NCBI GenBank assembly: GCA_002245135.1
Contig: NGBS01000886.1
Location: 1-64,000 of the forward strand
Reading direction: 5' to 3'
DNA length: 64,000 bases
Source: Proteromonas lacertae
Taxonomy: Eukaryota
Shown here: piece after piece, positions 24,738 to 38,095 of the stretch
Layout: each line of letters begins with the position of its first letter
Position numbering within the stretch: the first letter of the stretch is position 1
The notes under the pieces: model-generated
Database searches by the model: none
The model's input: the letters and a program-made list of their open reading frames with translations, nothing else
Told to the model about the DNA's origin: nothing
Translations under genes and position numbers: made by a program

Positions 24738-27700
24738 CTTCTTTAGGTTTTTCTTCTTCTTTAGGTTTTTCTTCTTTAGGTTTTTCTTCTTCCTTCTTTT
24801 CTTCTTCTTTCTTCACTTCTTCTTCTTTTGGCTTTTCTTCAACTACTTTAGGAAGTTCAATATTTGCACCAGCTGGCTCTTCGTTTCCATTTGGCTTTAC
24901 TCCTTTCTCAGATATGGATTTTGGCTTTGGCTTTGGCTTTGGTTGAAGTTTTGGTTTTGATTTTGATCTGGCTGGATGAGATTCTGTCTTCTTTGATCTA
25001 CATAATATTATTCCTACCACTATTATTATCACTACTACAACTGCTCCAACTATTATTCCTATTAAAGCACCTGTAGATAAACCACCACTATCTGAATTAT
25101 CTCCTCCATTACTAGGTTTTCCTGTTGGATTATTGATCTTCTCTTCTACTTTTGTTACTTCAACTTCACAATCTTTGAATATTGTTTCTTCTTCACTTAA
25201 ATCAGCTTTGGCTTTGATTTCTTCACTCAATTCATTTGAATCTTTCAAGCTATTTGCTACAAAGAATATTTGAGTTTTTGTTGATTCTTCTGGAACTGTC
25301 ACTATTACTTCGATATTCATATCATTTTCTAATCCTCGCAATAATATTCTTCGATTATTCACAATTACTTCAACATCTTCTCTTCTTAATGTTATACCAG
25401 CTTTCTTATAGATTTCCATTATTGAATCTTTGATTATATTTTTATCATTTTCACTCAATTCAGATACTACAGATGATGTAATATTTGAGATTTTGATTTC
25501 TATTGATATTCTTTCAATTGGTTTTGGAGTTGTTGGAATAGTTGTTGTTGGTATTGAAGTTGTTGGATTGGATGTTTCATTTGTTGATTCAGTTATACCA
25601 GTTTCGATTGTTCCAGTTTCATAAATAGTTGAAGTAGATGGAGATTCAGTTGTTGGTATTATTGTAGTGGGTATTTGAGTGGTAGGTTTAATTGTTGTGG
25701 GTTTAACTGTTGTTGGTCTTGCTGTAGTGGGTGAAGGAGTTGATGGTTTTATTGTTGTAGGTTTTGGTGTAGTAGGTTCAGCTGTGGTTGGTTTTATTAC
25801 ATATTTAATTAATATAGTCATATTAATACATTTGCTTTCTTCTCCATAGGCTAAGGGAGATTTTACACAAATATTCACTGTTTCATTTTTATCATTTTCT
25901 ACTTCACCAACACTCATTATTAATTTCGATTCATATTTATAAGGTAAATATTTCACACTTTTTAATGATTTTATTTTTATTATTTCACTTCCACTTACTA
26001 CTATTTCAGATGGATATGGTAAACTAAATATCATATTAAATTCACTATTCTCTTCTACATATTCTTTGTAACTAACTGTATATGATGGATTGACATCCCT
26101 TTTTACTATTTCAATTACTTCTTCTTTATTCTCAGGTGAAATAGTATATTCAACTTTAGTGTAAGATTCTATAAATGAAATTAATGAGATCATTTGATTA
26201 ATAGTATAGATAACAGAAGTGGAATTTAACCAACTGTTGATTGTAACTGGAACTGCATTTATATATGGATTTTGTATAGACACAGTCTTTGATTCATCTT
26301 GTATATCTTTTAATAACAAATACATATTCTTCTGAATAAAAATCCCTGATGATGAATCAACATATATTGGACTTAAACTAATCTCATTTCTATACCAAAT
26401 TGATTTACCTTTACTATAATATGGATAAGATTTTTCATCAAATGATATATCAACATTTTCTAATATCTTATATTCATCGATTATTTTATTTCCATCATAT
26501 CTTGGCATTGTGGAATAATACATTTTCGTATCCTTTGTAAAGAATCCATTCAAATATTTATATGGCTTTTCTTTTATATCAGAATTTTCATCAACTAAAC
26601 CAACTTCTTCAACATCAAATGATCGAACTATTTTTATTCCACTTTTCTGTTGTATTATGGCATTGTAAATTATGTTTGGTTTTTCTGTTCCTTCTTTATG
26701 TTGTATATCTCTAATTTCACATGAAAATGTTAATCCATCATCATATGTTATTGAACTATACACATTATTCAATGAACTTCCTGATTTTGTATATTTTGCA
26801 ATCATGAATATAGTAGCACCATCACTTTCAATACTTTTTGTAAAATGATAATTAATATAACTGTTAGATAATATCACATTTGCATTATCTCCGCTACTTT
26901 CATACATTCCCCTAAATCCAACTACTTCAGTTGCTCCAGTTAATATACCTATTCTTATATCACTCCAGCATTCATCAACTGTTTCAATCACATTACTTCT
27001 ACAAACAAATGGACCAAAGAATGCCCAATCTTTTCCATCAATATCAGCTACTACTCTTACAATAGCAAAACATCGATAAAACTTCATATAGGATGATCCA
27101 GCTGTTGCATGTGCTACTGTTAAACTACTACTTATTCCCTGAGGTGCTTCTACATTAAATGTATTTACATCACTATAACTGTATGAGATAATCAAATTTT
27201 CAGATGATCCAAACATCAAACCATGATGAACTACATGATCAGAAACTCTATTAGATGTAAAACTATATTCATTTCCTTTCACAAATATTCCACTCACTTC
27301 TTTTCCTTCGATATTGTTTATCATACCACTTATTAAGCCAAATGTTGATACAAATTCACCTGAATTGACTGATATTTTATTATCAAAATATATTCCAACG
27401 TGAATCATTATTACATTTTCCATTGAGTTACTCAATAAACCAAATGTCTTATCTTCACTTTGAATCATTTCAATACTTGGATTTAATTTCAATTCTACAT
27501 CATACAAATAACTGTTCTTTATTTGATTAAATATTCCATTTTCTGTGGTTTTAAGTAAAGGATTTACACTATTTCCATCATGAGATTCTATTATCAAATG
27601 TAAATGTTCAATTATTTGATTTTCCAATGAACCAAATAAACTCAATACATTTTTCTCATTTTCTTTTATATAATGCTTCATCTTCACTGTATAATCACCA

Positions 27701-30700
27701 CTAGTTTTTAATTTCTTAAATGATAAAGATTCAGGAACTTTCCATTTACTCATATCAATTACATATGATTTGGTTATTTCAGCTGTTTCACTATTCGTTG
27801 TTATTAATCTATAAAATTCATCATTATTTGATTCTTCTTTTATTTCGATCTTTACTGTATATCTTTCATCAACTGGTTGAACATGAATTATTAATTCATA
27901 TTCTTTTCCTTCTAAAATATTTGATGGAATTGTTCCACTTACAACACCTGTAGACGATTCTACTGTTATAAAATCAGGACCAGTTTCTTTGCTAAATGTT
28001 AATGCTGGCGGATTTTCAGATATTGTTGGAGTTATACTTATATCTTTACCTCTTTGAGTAATATAATTCTCTGGATAAATAATACTAACACATGCATCTA
28101 CAATATTTATGAATTCAGGAGGGTTAGTAAGTGAACAAAATGCTTTCCATTTCTTATTTGGAACATTTGGACAGGCTAATTCACCATATTCACCAGGTTT
28201 TGCTTCTACAGATTGATCATATATTGTTATTGTACATTTTGCATTACACATTGAATCATCAATTGATTCTTCCCATTCTCCATTATTTCCACATCTTCTT
28301 GTTCTAAAGGCTTTTGATTCACCTCCACAACCTGCTTTGCCATATCCTCCGTATGGAGTAGATTTCCATTCACCTTCTGTAAAACATGATAATCTACAAC
28401 TATATGGATAAACACCTCCTGTATCAGCACCATTCCATTCAAGTTTAGTAATATTTATTCTTATTCCATTAAATGCCATATTATTCTCACTTGGTAATGA
28501 AAAGTATTTCGAATTAAAACCTTCTTTTAATCTTTCTGTAGTATTATCGTTATAATTAAATACTGGAATATAATCTCGAGGAAGAGTGTTTGGATATGTT
28601 TTTATTCCATATGCTTCAAAGCCTTTAACTAAACGGTTATCATTACTACCAGTTCTATATTGTAAACCATTAAACCATCTTGATTCTTCTGCAGCAAATA
28701 CAAACTCAAACCAAGCTGGTTTGGAAAGATCACTAGGAATCCAAGTAGCTTTTTTGTTTTCATTTAAAATATAATTAAATGCATTTTCTAATTTTTCACT
28801 TTCACTAATAGCTTTATATTCTTGACCTGGTGTACCTGCTTCAAAATATGTATATTTATCAAATTGACAAGTGTTTATTCCAGATAATAAATGAAATTCA
28901 TTTATCTTAAATTCATCTGGTTCGGTTGAACTTTTATCAGATTTATGAAATTCTATTCCTAAAATATTATTTCCATTCTTCTGTAATAATGTTATTGGAG
29001 CTGTTACAAAATATTTTCTTTCACTCTTTTCATAACTACCACCCCATGTCTCACTTGTTGCATCTTTTGGTAAATATTTATTGTAAAATTCTATTCCATT
29101 CATAAACATTCTAATTCCTCCATTTGAGAATGTAAATGATAAATAAAACATTGATAAATCACTTACATCTTCATTAAATTCAAATGATTGGACATAATAT
29201 CTCACCAATTTATCAGCATTAAATGGTGGTAAAACATCTACATTTTGCCAATTACTTGAATCATACGATAATTCACTCCAATCATTACTCTGTTGAATCT
29301 CTTCAGTATATTTGATTTGATTATTAAATGGAATTAGATTCTTTGTATTAACTTTGGCTTTTGATTCACTTGTTCCACCTGTATTTCTTCCTCTAAATAA
29401 CACTGCTCCATTGTGCAATAATTGTAATCTCATTTCACTATATTCCCAAAATTGATTTCCTGTACTTCCTAATGTTAATTCATAAGTTGTTGGATCTTCA
29501 CAGAAATATTTCTTATTCTCACCAACTTTTTCATCAAATAATTGAATTTCTTTTCCTTCTTTCGTCATTTTATAGGTTATAAAACCTTCATTACCACTCC
29601 TAATAAACAAATTTACTTCGAAGAATACTTTCTTGCAATTACCAGATGAAACTGTTAATGTAATTTCGTCACTTATTTCTCCTTTTGGTGAGTTTTCTAC
29701 AGTTATTTTGATTTGTTTTGGCTCAGAAGCTTCTGTTGGAGTTCCATAAATTAAACCACTTTCTTTGTCAAATGCCATTCCTTTTGGTAAATTCTCTTCA
29801 TTTGCGATCATAAACTTCTTACCTCCATTTTCTATTGATGGATATATTTCATAATAAATCTCAAATGCAAATTCAAATGATGTTGATTCATATCTTAATA
29901 TTGGTTTATCACTTGAACGAATCATTGTTATTGGAATTATTTCATCTTTAAAGAATGATGAATATTTAAACATATTTTGATTTTCATAATACAACTTATA
30001 CCAACCACCTAAATTAGAATTTGAGGTGATTTTTAATTGATTTGTTGTTGATGGAACACATTTCATAAATGTATATACTTTATTCTCTCCTAATGATCCT
30101 TCACTTGATGAGGAATAAATTGGTATTTCACTATTCAATATTTCTAATGTTACACTTTCTGGTTGACTTTTGATTAAATAATCCATTATTAGAAATTCTT
30201 CTCCTTCATCACATGCTATATTTACATTGATATTAACAGATATTGTTTTATAAGTAGTACATTCTACTTCTATTGTTCCTGAATATGATGAAATTTTAGT
30301 TTTACCTGTCAAAACTCCATTTGAATCAATGAATATAAAATCAACTGGTGATACTAACAATATAATATCACATACTGTATTTAATGGTGATAATTCAAAG
30401 TTTTCATTTATCTTTCCTACAATACCTTCACTTGGATATTCAATTACTGGTTCTGTTGATAGTTTTACTTCAAATATAATTTCAGAGAAATACTTTACTC
30501 CATCTTTTTCAGCTGTTATTGTGTAAATCTTTTCTTCATTTGTAACAGTAACAGTTCCTGATATTTCACCAGTTAATTCAGAGAATGACAAACCCTTTGG
30601 TAATAATGGTTCTATTGAATATTCAAATCCATTTAATACAACATTTTGATGAATTATGATATTTGAAATATCATCATTTACACGATAGTTATTATATATG

Positions 30701-33700
30701 GATGAATAAACAAATGGATATGGCGGATCAGTTAAAAACCATTCATTTGGAATTGGCACATAACTTCCACTACTACTACTTTCATAGTACAATTCTAATT
30801 GCTTTATATTATCATTACCACTTTTTGTATAAACTATTCTCAATTTGTATATTTGATTGATTAATTCAATTGTTTTGTCTATTTCATGTAAACCACTTCC
30901 TACTCCTTCAAATATTATATCTCCTATCACTAATTGACAATAATCATAGCATTTTAATCTCATTTTATAACTTCCACTTGTTTCTATATTCAAATATCCT
31001 TTATAATCAGCTATAAATAGTTTATTCATTATTGAGGGTAAACCATTCCATAAATCTTCACTTTCAGAATGGAATATTGAAGTTGTTTCTAATCTTTCTA
31101 ACATCATTTTTGAACCAATTGCTAATGATGGTTCTTCAAAAGAATCTATATTAACTATACTCGCAGTGTAATATTTAACTAATAATCCATTGATTTTATT
31201 TTCTTTATTGCTTCCACTATAACATACTATTTGAACAATTGTTTTTGAAACATCAATTGCACCATTTGAACTTATTTCAACTGATTTAAACTGATTATCA
31301 CACACTGTTGGAACACCAATTAATGCTCCATCTAATCTAATACTTAAACCATCTATTGGAGGATTCATTGACCATGTTGATGGATATCCTTCATATGATG
31401 CTGTTATTGTTCTACTAACACCTTCCTCATATACTATTGTTGATGATCCATAGGATAAGTGAGTCAATAAAAAACCACCATGATAAATTATATCATTAAT
31501 ATTTTTGTGTTCAGTATCAGACTTTTTATAAAATGCATTAAAACCATTCTGTCCAGTTCCAGCCCATGATAAATATCCAACAAGATGATATCCTTTAGTT
31601 AAATGAACTGGAAAAGTCTTTTCATCATCGTAAGCAGTAGTTGAATATCTTTCTTCTTCAAAATTACCAAATGCAAACTTTTGTCTATCATCAGATTTTC
31701 CTGATAATACATAATCTCCTTCTTCAGCAATGTATATATATCCTCTCATTCTAGCAACAATTTTTTGACATGGATTCCACAACGGGTGCTCAGGTAAACA
31801 TTCGGAATCATGAGTTGAATATGTTACGTCAGCATTAGTCAGAATTTCGGGATCTTTTACATTATAACCACCATTTTCAAATTTCTTCCATATCTCATTT
31901 AAAGTTTTACCCATAAACTTTCCATCATCATTAATACCATCCTCTCCTGAATTTTTCCATATTACAAATTCTAATCCTTTTGTCAAACTACCTGTTTTCC
32001 AAACTATTGTAAATGGAAATTCTTTATCAGCTCTAAGTGTTATTGTCGTTGTTATTTCTTGAGTTGCATCTGTAACCCTTCCTGTTATTTCACCTGTTTC
32101 TATATTATATGCAAGACCAGGAGGCAAATTCTCAATCGACATTATGAATGGATTAACTTTACATTTAAATTTCAAATCATATTCAATTTCAAATAAATTG
32201 ATTGAATCAAAACCATAACTGCATTCTACTCCATTATTTAATACACTTACATAAACACTTGCAGTAGAATCATCAATGAATGTAACTACAACTAATTCTA
32301 CAAATTCAACACCATCTGTATTACTCAATGTTAAAATTCTACCAAAATAGGTTAATCCATTTATCATTACTGATAAGGATTTTATATCTTTTTCTAATTC
32401 CAATGCATTTTCTGTATATGGTTTGGTTGATAAATATTTATAATTTTCTGTACATTCATGATCAACAGCATCTTCCCATACACCATTCTCTCCACATTTT
32501 CTTTCTTTATATCCAATGCCACAATATGTAATTGAAGAAGAACCAGCATGTGTTGAAGGAAATCCACCATTAGTTTCACATATCGACAAAGGTACTTCAT
32601 TTAATATAAACAATCTAAATTGAATATATTCTCCCCATTCATTTGCATAATTATAGTTACTCAAAACTTTCAATCTGTAAATTTCATAAGCTTTATTATT
32701 TGTATTTACTGGGATTGTTGTAATATCTTTACAATTTAATGGTTGTTTACCAAATCCCATATCTTCATTTTCATATAGTTTTATCCATTCTAAGTTATCA
32801 CTATCAACAGAAGCATAAACCTGGATATGTTTTGGATTAGTATCAGGGTTGTTACTACACCCACTTATTTGGACTTGGTTAAAATATTTAGCTACATGAT
32901 TCTTAAATGTAAAATCAAAATTCATTGGAAACCATTTTGATTCTTCATTTTTACCTAATACAACACCACCAAATTCAGTTGATATAGAAAAAAAATTAGT
33001 TAAAGGTTTATCTCCTACTTTAGGAATATTACCAGCATCTGATATTACTTTAATATCAACATTATCTTTTGTTGTCACTGTTTCTAATCCTCTATCATCA
33101 GTTTCTATTGATGCAGAAAATTTGTCAATTTGATTTGCTGGACTTTTCTCGGATTTATGTATTTCTATTCCAACATAATTCACTAAACTATGAATAACTG
33201 GTTCAGGAATTGTAATAGCAGATTCAACTACAACATTAAACGATTTTGTGGCTTTTGTATCTGGTTTTATTTCACCTAATGGCATATTCTTTCGAAAGAT
33301 TTCTATTCCATTTACATAAACGATTAAACCATCTGTATATTTTACCTTCAAAATAGGAGAATTAATAATGCCTATGTCATGAATCACAAATGTTCTACGA
33401 TAATAAGTAGTAGTTGTAGTTTTAACTGGATAAAAAATAGGTAAATACGTAATCCAATCATTATATACATTACTCCATGTATTATCACTTTGTGGACTGT
33501 TTGAATAACCCCATTCACTATTTTCTAACAATATAACACTAGATAACTCTCTAATTATTGTTCTTTCTTCATTTTTTTCATCTATATACACTGTCACTCT
33601 TTCGTCGTCTTGTATATCTTTAATGTTGATTGTAGAGATGATTTTACCATTCACTTCAATTTCTAGAATCTCATAAATGCATTTTGATGTTTTTTCTTCA

Positions 33701-34137
33701 TTTCTTCTAATTTCATAGGTACCAGCACTTAAATAAAATGAACTAGATTGTGTACCATTTATCACTTTCGATCTAAATAGCTTGGATAACTCAATCTTCT
33801 TTTCACCATTATATAAACTAAATGGCTCGAAGTTTATACCTTTATCTATTTGATAGTCTGATGGATTATCTTTTGGAGAAATTACATAATGGAGCTTCAC
33901 CAAAATGCCGGATTTAAGGCTAATCTCATATTCATTATCAAAATGACTATCTTCAATTGAATCTACGAACGTATGTGGTCTTGGATTAACTCTTTCTGAC
34001 TTTAAAGTATTCGAGAATATTTCATTTTCAATTGTGTTTCTCTCTAAATATGTCTCATAAGAAGTAGATAAACCTATATAAGAATAATTATTTATATTTA
34101 TACACAGAAATAGAACGAATATGAATAAATAACTCAT
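24285..34137 (-). CDS. Giant intronless cell-surface protein (~3280 aa): carbohydrate-binding jelly-roll modules, PA14 x2, He_PIG/Ig-like repeats, HRM-like Cys modules, Thr/Pro mucin stalk, TM, EEKPK-repeat cytoplasmic tail
   Basis: Signal peptide from ATG 34137. Ig-like LPPGLAYNIETGEITG, LPKGLSFSELTGEISGT, LPKGMAFDKESGLIYGTP; PA14 ARMRGYIYI..G.Y..SGKSDD; TM GALIGIIVGAVVVVIIIVVGIILC. The EEKPK frame resumes past the poly(T) run and ends at TAA 24285-24287. Confidence 0.85.
24535..24840 (-). repeat. Coding tandem repeat (E)EEKPK interrupted by a 48-nt poly(T) run at 24690-24737
   Basis: Units of the form ttcttctttaggtttt lie on both sides of the run; the reading frame differs across the run. 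Confidence 0.85.
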
Positions 34138-34675
34138 CTTCAAAGATTATTTTTAAAACTATCAATTCGGTTTTAGATCTTCGGTTTTCTATTTTAAGAT
34201 ATTTTTATTGGATATACTACACTATCATTTTTTGAGTGAATAAAAACATATAATAATAATCAGTAATATCATATTGTAACATTTGCTCTAAAGCGTGGTT
34301 GTATCTATCACAAACTTACTCATCTATGACATTTCATATTTCTAACTATGCAAATTATATCATTGAATAAGATATTTCGATCTATTTCCATGTATTTCAT
34401 TTTCTGTGTTTATCTTCTTCATCAATAAACAATTTCATCAGATATATACAATTTTAAACCTCATTTGTTTGAGTATTCTCTTTAAATTAATTTGATGTTA
34501 ATAAGATAAGAGAGATATATCATTAACTTTGAAAATACCGAATAATATTGATAACAGGTTATTCTCTGAATAGTTAATACTATTATACTGTTTATAGTAT
34601 CTAAATTGGTAATTAAAACATCTACATTCATCTGCATACCTTATAGCTTTGAAATAAAAAAAACAACCCTAAATA

Positions 34676-34690
34676 AAACGACTATATTTT
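34676..34690 (+). promoter_or_regulatory. AAACGNNTATATTTT motif (AAACGACTATATTTT)
   Basis: Sense orientation, 18 nt before ATG 34709. Confidence 0.55.
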
Positions 34691-34708
34691 CTTAAAACAA
34701 AAAACAAA

Positions 34709-37700
34709 ATGTCAAACAGTAAGAGAGAATACTTAAAGTGTGGTTATTTATATAAAAAAGTATTCTAGTTGTTGTATATTTAGGGCCACATTATAAAAAA
34801 CTGGAAAAGGAGGTATGTTGTGCTAACAACAAATGAGTTATCCTATTTTAAAGTATTTATTATGAATATATGAATAATAAAAATTCATATTTGATAGGAT
34901 GAAAATACTGACTCTAAGCAAAAGTCAATATCACTTGAAGAAATAGAGAAGATAGAAAAGTCTGATGTAGAAGATGGTCACAGTATATATATATATATAT
35001 ATATTATTTGCTTATATTGTAAAACTAGATAATATTATGGTTATAACAACAAATAGTAACAAATTCTATTTCTCTTGTGAATCTACAAATGAAAGGGAAT
35101 CTTGGAAGAATTCTATCCTTGATTCTATATCAAATAGTGTAATAATATCAAAACCAATCTCATCTAAAATACTATATACAAGATATAACCATAAAGAAAC
35201 AATGGAAGAAAGAAATCTGTATTTCAATAGACTTGTAACAAAATTTTGTGAAGCAAAATCGATAAATGCATATTTGGACAGTCTATTATGTTTAACTGCA
35301 TATATTGCTAGGATATATTCTGATCATATGAATGTAAATATTGATGGTGAATTGTTTCTATCAAAATGTGATAATCTTTTAGAAATGGTGAATAAACAGA
35401 GAGATGAAGGAAAGAAATATGTAAGATGGGATGATAGAGTTGAGTATGTGTATTTTGATTTTATAGAAATGATTACTGCATTACAGAATAAACTGTATAT
35501 TTCTCTTTCATCTATTTTGTAATAGGAGGAATATAATTGAAATCAATAATGCAATTACATTAGGAACAGAAAGAGCAAAATCATCCCATAATACTTCTCC
35601 AATCCTTACTAGTGAAAGACCAAACAGTATATCTCCTAAAACTGGAATATTCAAATTATATGTATTGAATATCATATTTGTTATTGTATAGAGATTGGAA
35701 AAACAGATTGGTGCAGGTGGTTATTCAATTGTTCAAAAGGCTATTAATATTGTACATTATCATGTTTATTTTTTTTTTCTATAGAAAACTAATGAGCATG
35801 TAGCTATAAAATGTATAAATAAGTCAAAACTAACTGAAAAAGAAATCAGGCATTTACAGAGTGAAGTAGAAGTAATGTCAAGGTTAGATCATCCAAATAT
35901 CATAAAACTGATAGATTTTTATGAAGAAGATGATATGTATTATATTGTTTTAGAATATGCAGATGGTGGTGTACTATTTGATAAAATAATTGAAAAGAAG
36001 TATTATACTGAAACTGAAGCAAGATCTGTTATAAAATCTATCATCAAAGCAATTGCATATTTTCATGAAAGGAATATAGTTCATAGAGATTTAAAACCAG
36101 AGAATATATTATTTTCTTCATCAGGAGATATAAAGATTGCAGATTTTGGATTTGCGAGAAGTATTGAAGAATGTAGTAGACTAAGAACAGATTGTGGAAC
36201 ATCATGGTTTATGGCTCCAGAAATATTAGATAATAAATCTTATGGTAATGAAGTAGATATGTGGAGTTTGGGCGTGATAATATACATCATTTTGAGTGGT
36301 TGTCCTCCATTCCATGATAATAATCAAGAAAGATTGTTCTGTAAGATTAGAACAGGAAGATATGCATTTAGATCAGAGATATGGAATAATATAAGTGATG
36401 ATGCAAAAGATTTAATTAAACATTTGCTTGTTGTTGATCCGAGATATAGATATGATGCTAAACAAGTTTTGAACAGTAAATGGCTAACATCAGAAAGAGT
36501 ATGTTTTATGTATGTTGATATTTTCAATAGGTTGGATCTCAAACACATTTGAATATAGTTCAAGAAGGATTGAAAAGAATGACTGATATTGGAAGAAAAA
36601 CAATACTAAAGCAAGGTTATTTAATGAAACAAGGACATATTATTAAGAACTGGAAAAAGAGAAGTTTTGTATTAACAGTTAATAGTTTAGCTTACTATGC
36701 CGATGAAACATCAACATCACCAAAAGGAGAAATTGAATTATCTGATATAATTAGTGTTTCAAATACTAAAAAAACAACAAATTTTATAATTAAAACAAAA
36801 TCAGGAAAGTCTTTGGAAATTGAAGCAAAAGATGAAAAAGAAAAAAACATTTGGAAGACAAGTTTATTATCAGCCAGAAGATGTTGGCTTCTTGTTGAAA
36901 GATCTGCAATAGCGAAAACTGAAGAACGAATAGATGATGCGATAATAATGTTAAGTGAAGCAAGGAGATGTGAAGGGATGTTGGTGAATGAAAAATTGTT
37001 AAATTGTTGGGCTGAATTAAGTAAAAAATGTGAAAAATATAATTGTGCTGGTGTATATATTTCTAAAACATATAATAAAATAAACTCTTTGGAGATTTTT
37101 TGTGTTACCACAATCAAAGATGAAAAGACTAGTTATTTATTGTTAGGATCTTCGAATGGTATAATTCAGGTGTATAATATGGATGATATGTCATACAGCC
37201 AACTTTCTGTTGGTGATAATATAGGCATTACATCACTTTCAGTTCAACATAGTAAAGAACTATTTTTATCAACATGTTCAAATGGAAAAATTCAATTTTG
37301 GTCATTTCCACAAAGAAAAGTATTAAATAATAGTGTATGTCATTCATGTTCAATATCTTGTTCTGATTTTTCTCGAACAAAACCTGTAGTTGTGGTTGGT
37401 ACTATTGATGGGTGTATTAAAACATTTAACTCTGATGATTTTAGAACAATTAATAATTTCAAATGTCATACAGGAAGAATATGTGATATTTCATTCGATT
37501 TTACTTCACAATATATAGTATCAGCAGGTGAAAATGGCGAATTAATGGTAATGGATGCTTTGAAGTTGACACTTATAAAGAAAATGGAAGATCATATTGG
37601 TACAGTGAAATCGATTTCAATCAATTTTGATGATTTGATGCTTTCAATTGGAGATGATAATAAAGTGATATTGTGGGATTTAAATCAATTGAAGAAAAGA

Positions 37701-38018
37701 AAGGAATTATCAACTGAAAGAATAGATACAGATATGTATAAATCGAATGGTAAAACGATAGGTGTATCATTATCCAACGATTCAAGATGGGGTTTAACAG
37801 TTGATTCTCATTCACAAATGATTTTGTGGAATATTAATGATGGACTTCCAGAAGTATTGAATTCAATTGAAGATCAGATCAAGAATATAATGTTTTTATC
37901 AGATAATACTGGTTTTATAACATTCACTAACAGTAAAGTAGAAAAATGGATATTTGATTGGATGTTGTCGTATGATGGTAGAAAATATGATTCACCAGTA
38001 GGAATATTAGTAAGATAA
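34709..38018 (+). CDS. PH - CAMK-family Ser/Thr kinase - PH - WD40 repeat protein
   Basis: Exon chain starts at ATG 34709 (first intron 34760-34783). PH1 GYLYKKGHIIKNWKRRYVVL; kinase IGAGGYSIV, VAIK, HRDLKPEN, DFG, APE. Intron 36499-36530 links in frame to PH2 (GYLMKQGHIIKNWKKRSFVL) and WD40 repeats. Confidence 0.85.
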
Positions 38019-38095
38019 CTATCTAATTATATATAAATATACGAATGATATTATAAACACAACACACAACAAAAAACAAAAACTCATAAAAACAA

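Noticed and set aside
24676..24740. Poly-Lys C-terminus or retroposed poly(A) tail of the giant gene
   Set aside because: The same EEKPK repeat continues on both sides of the run, so it is internal.
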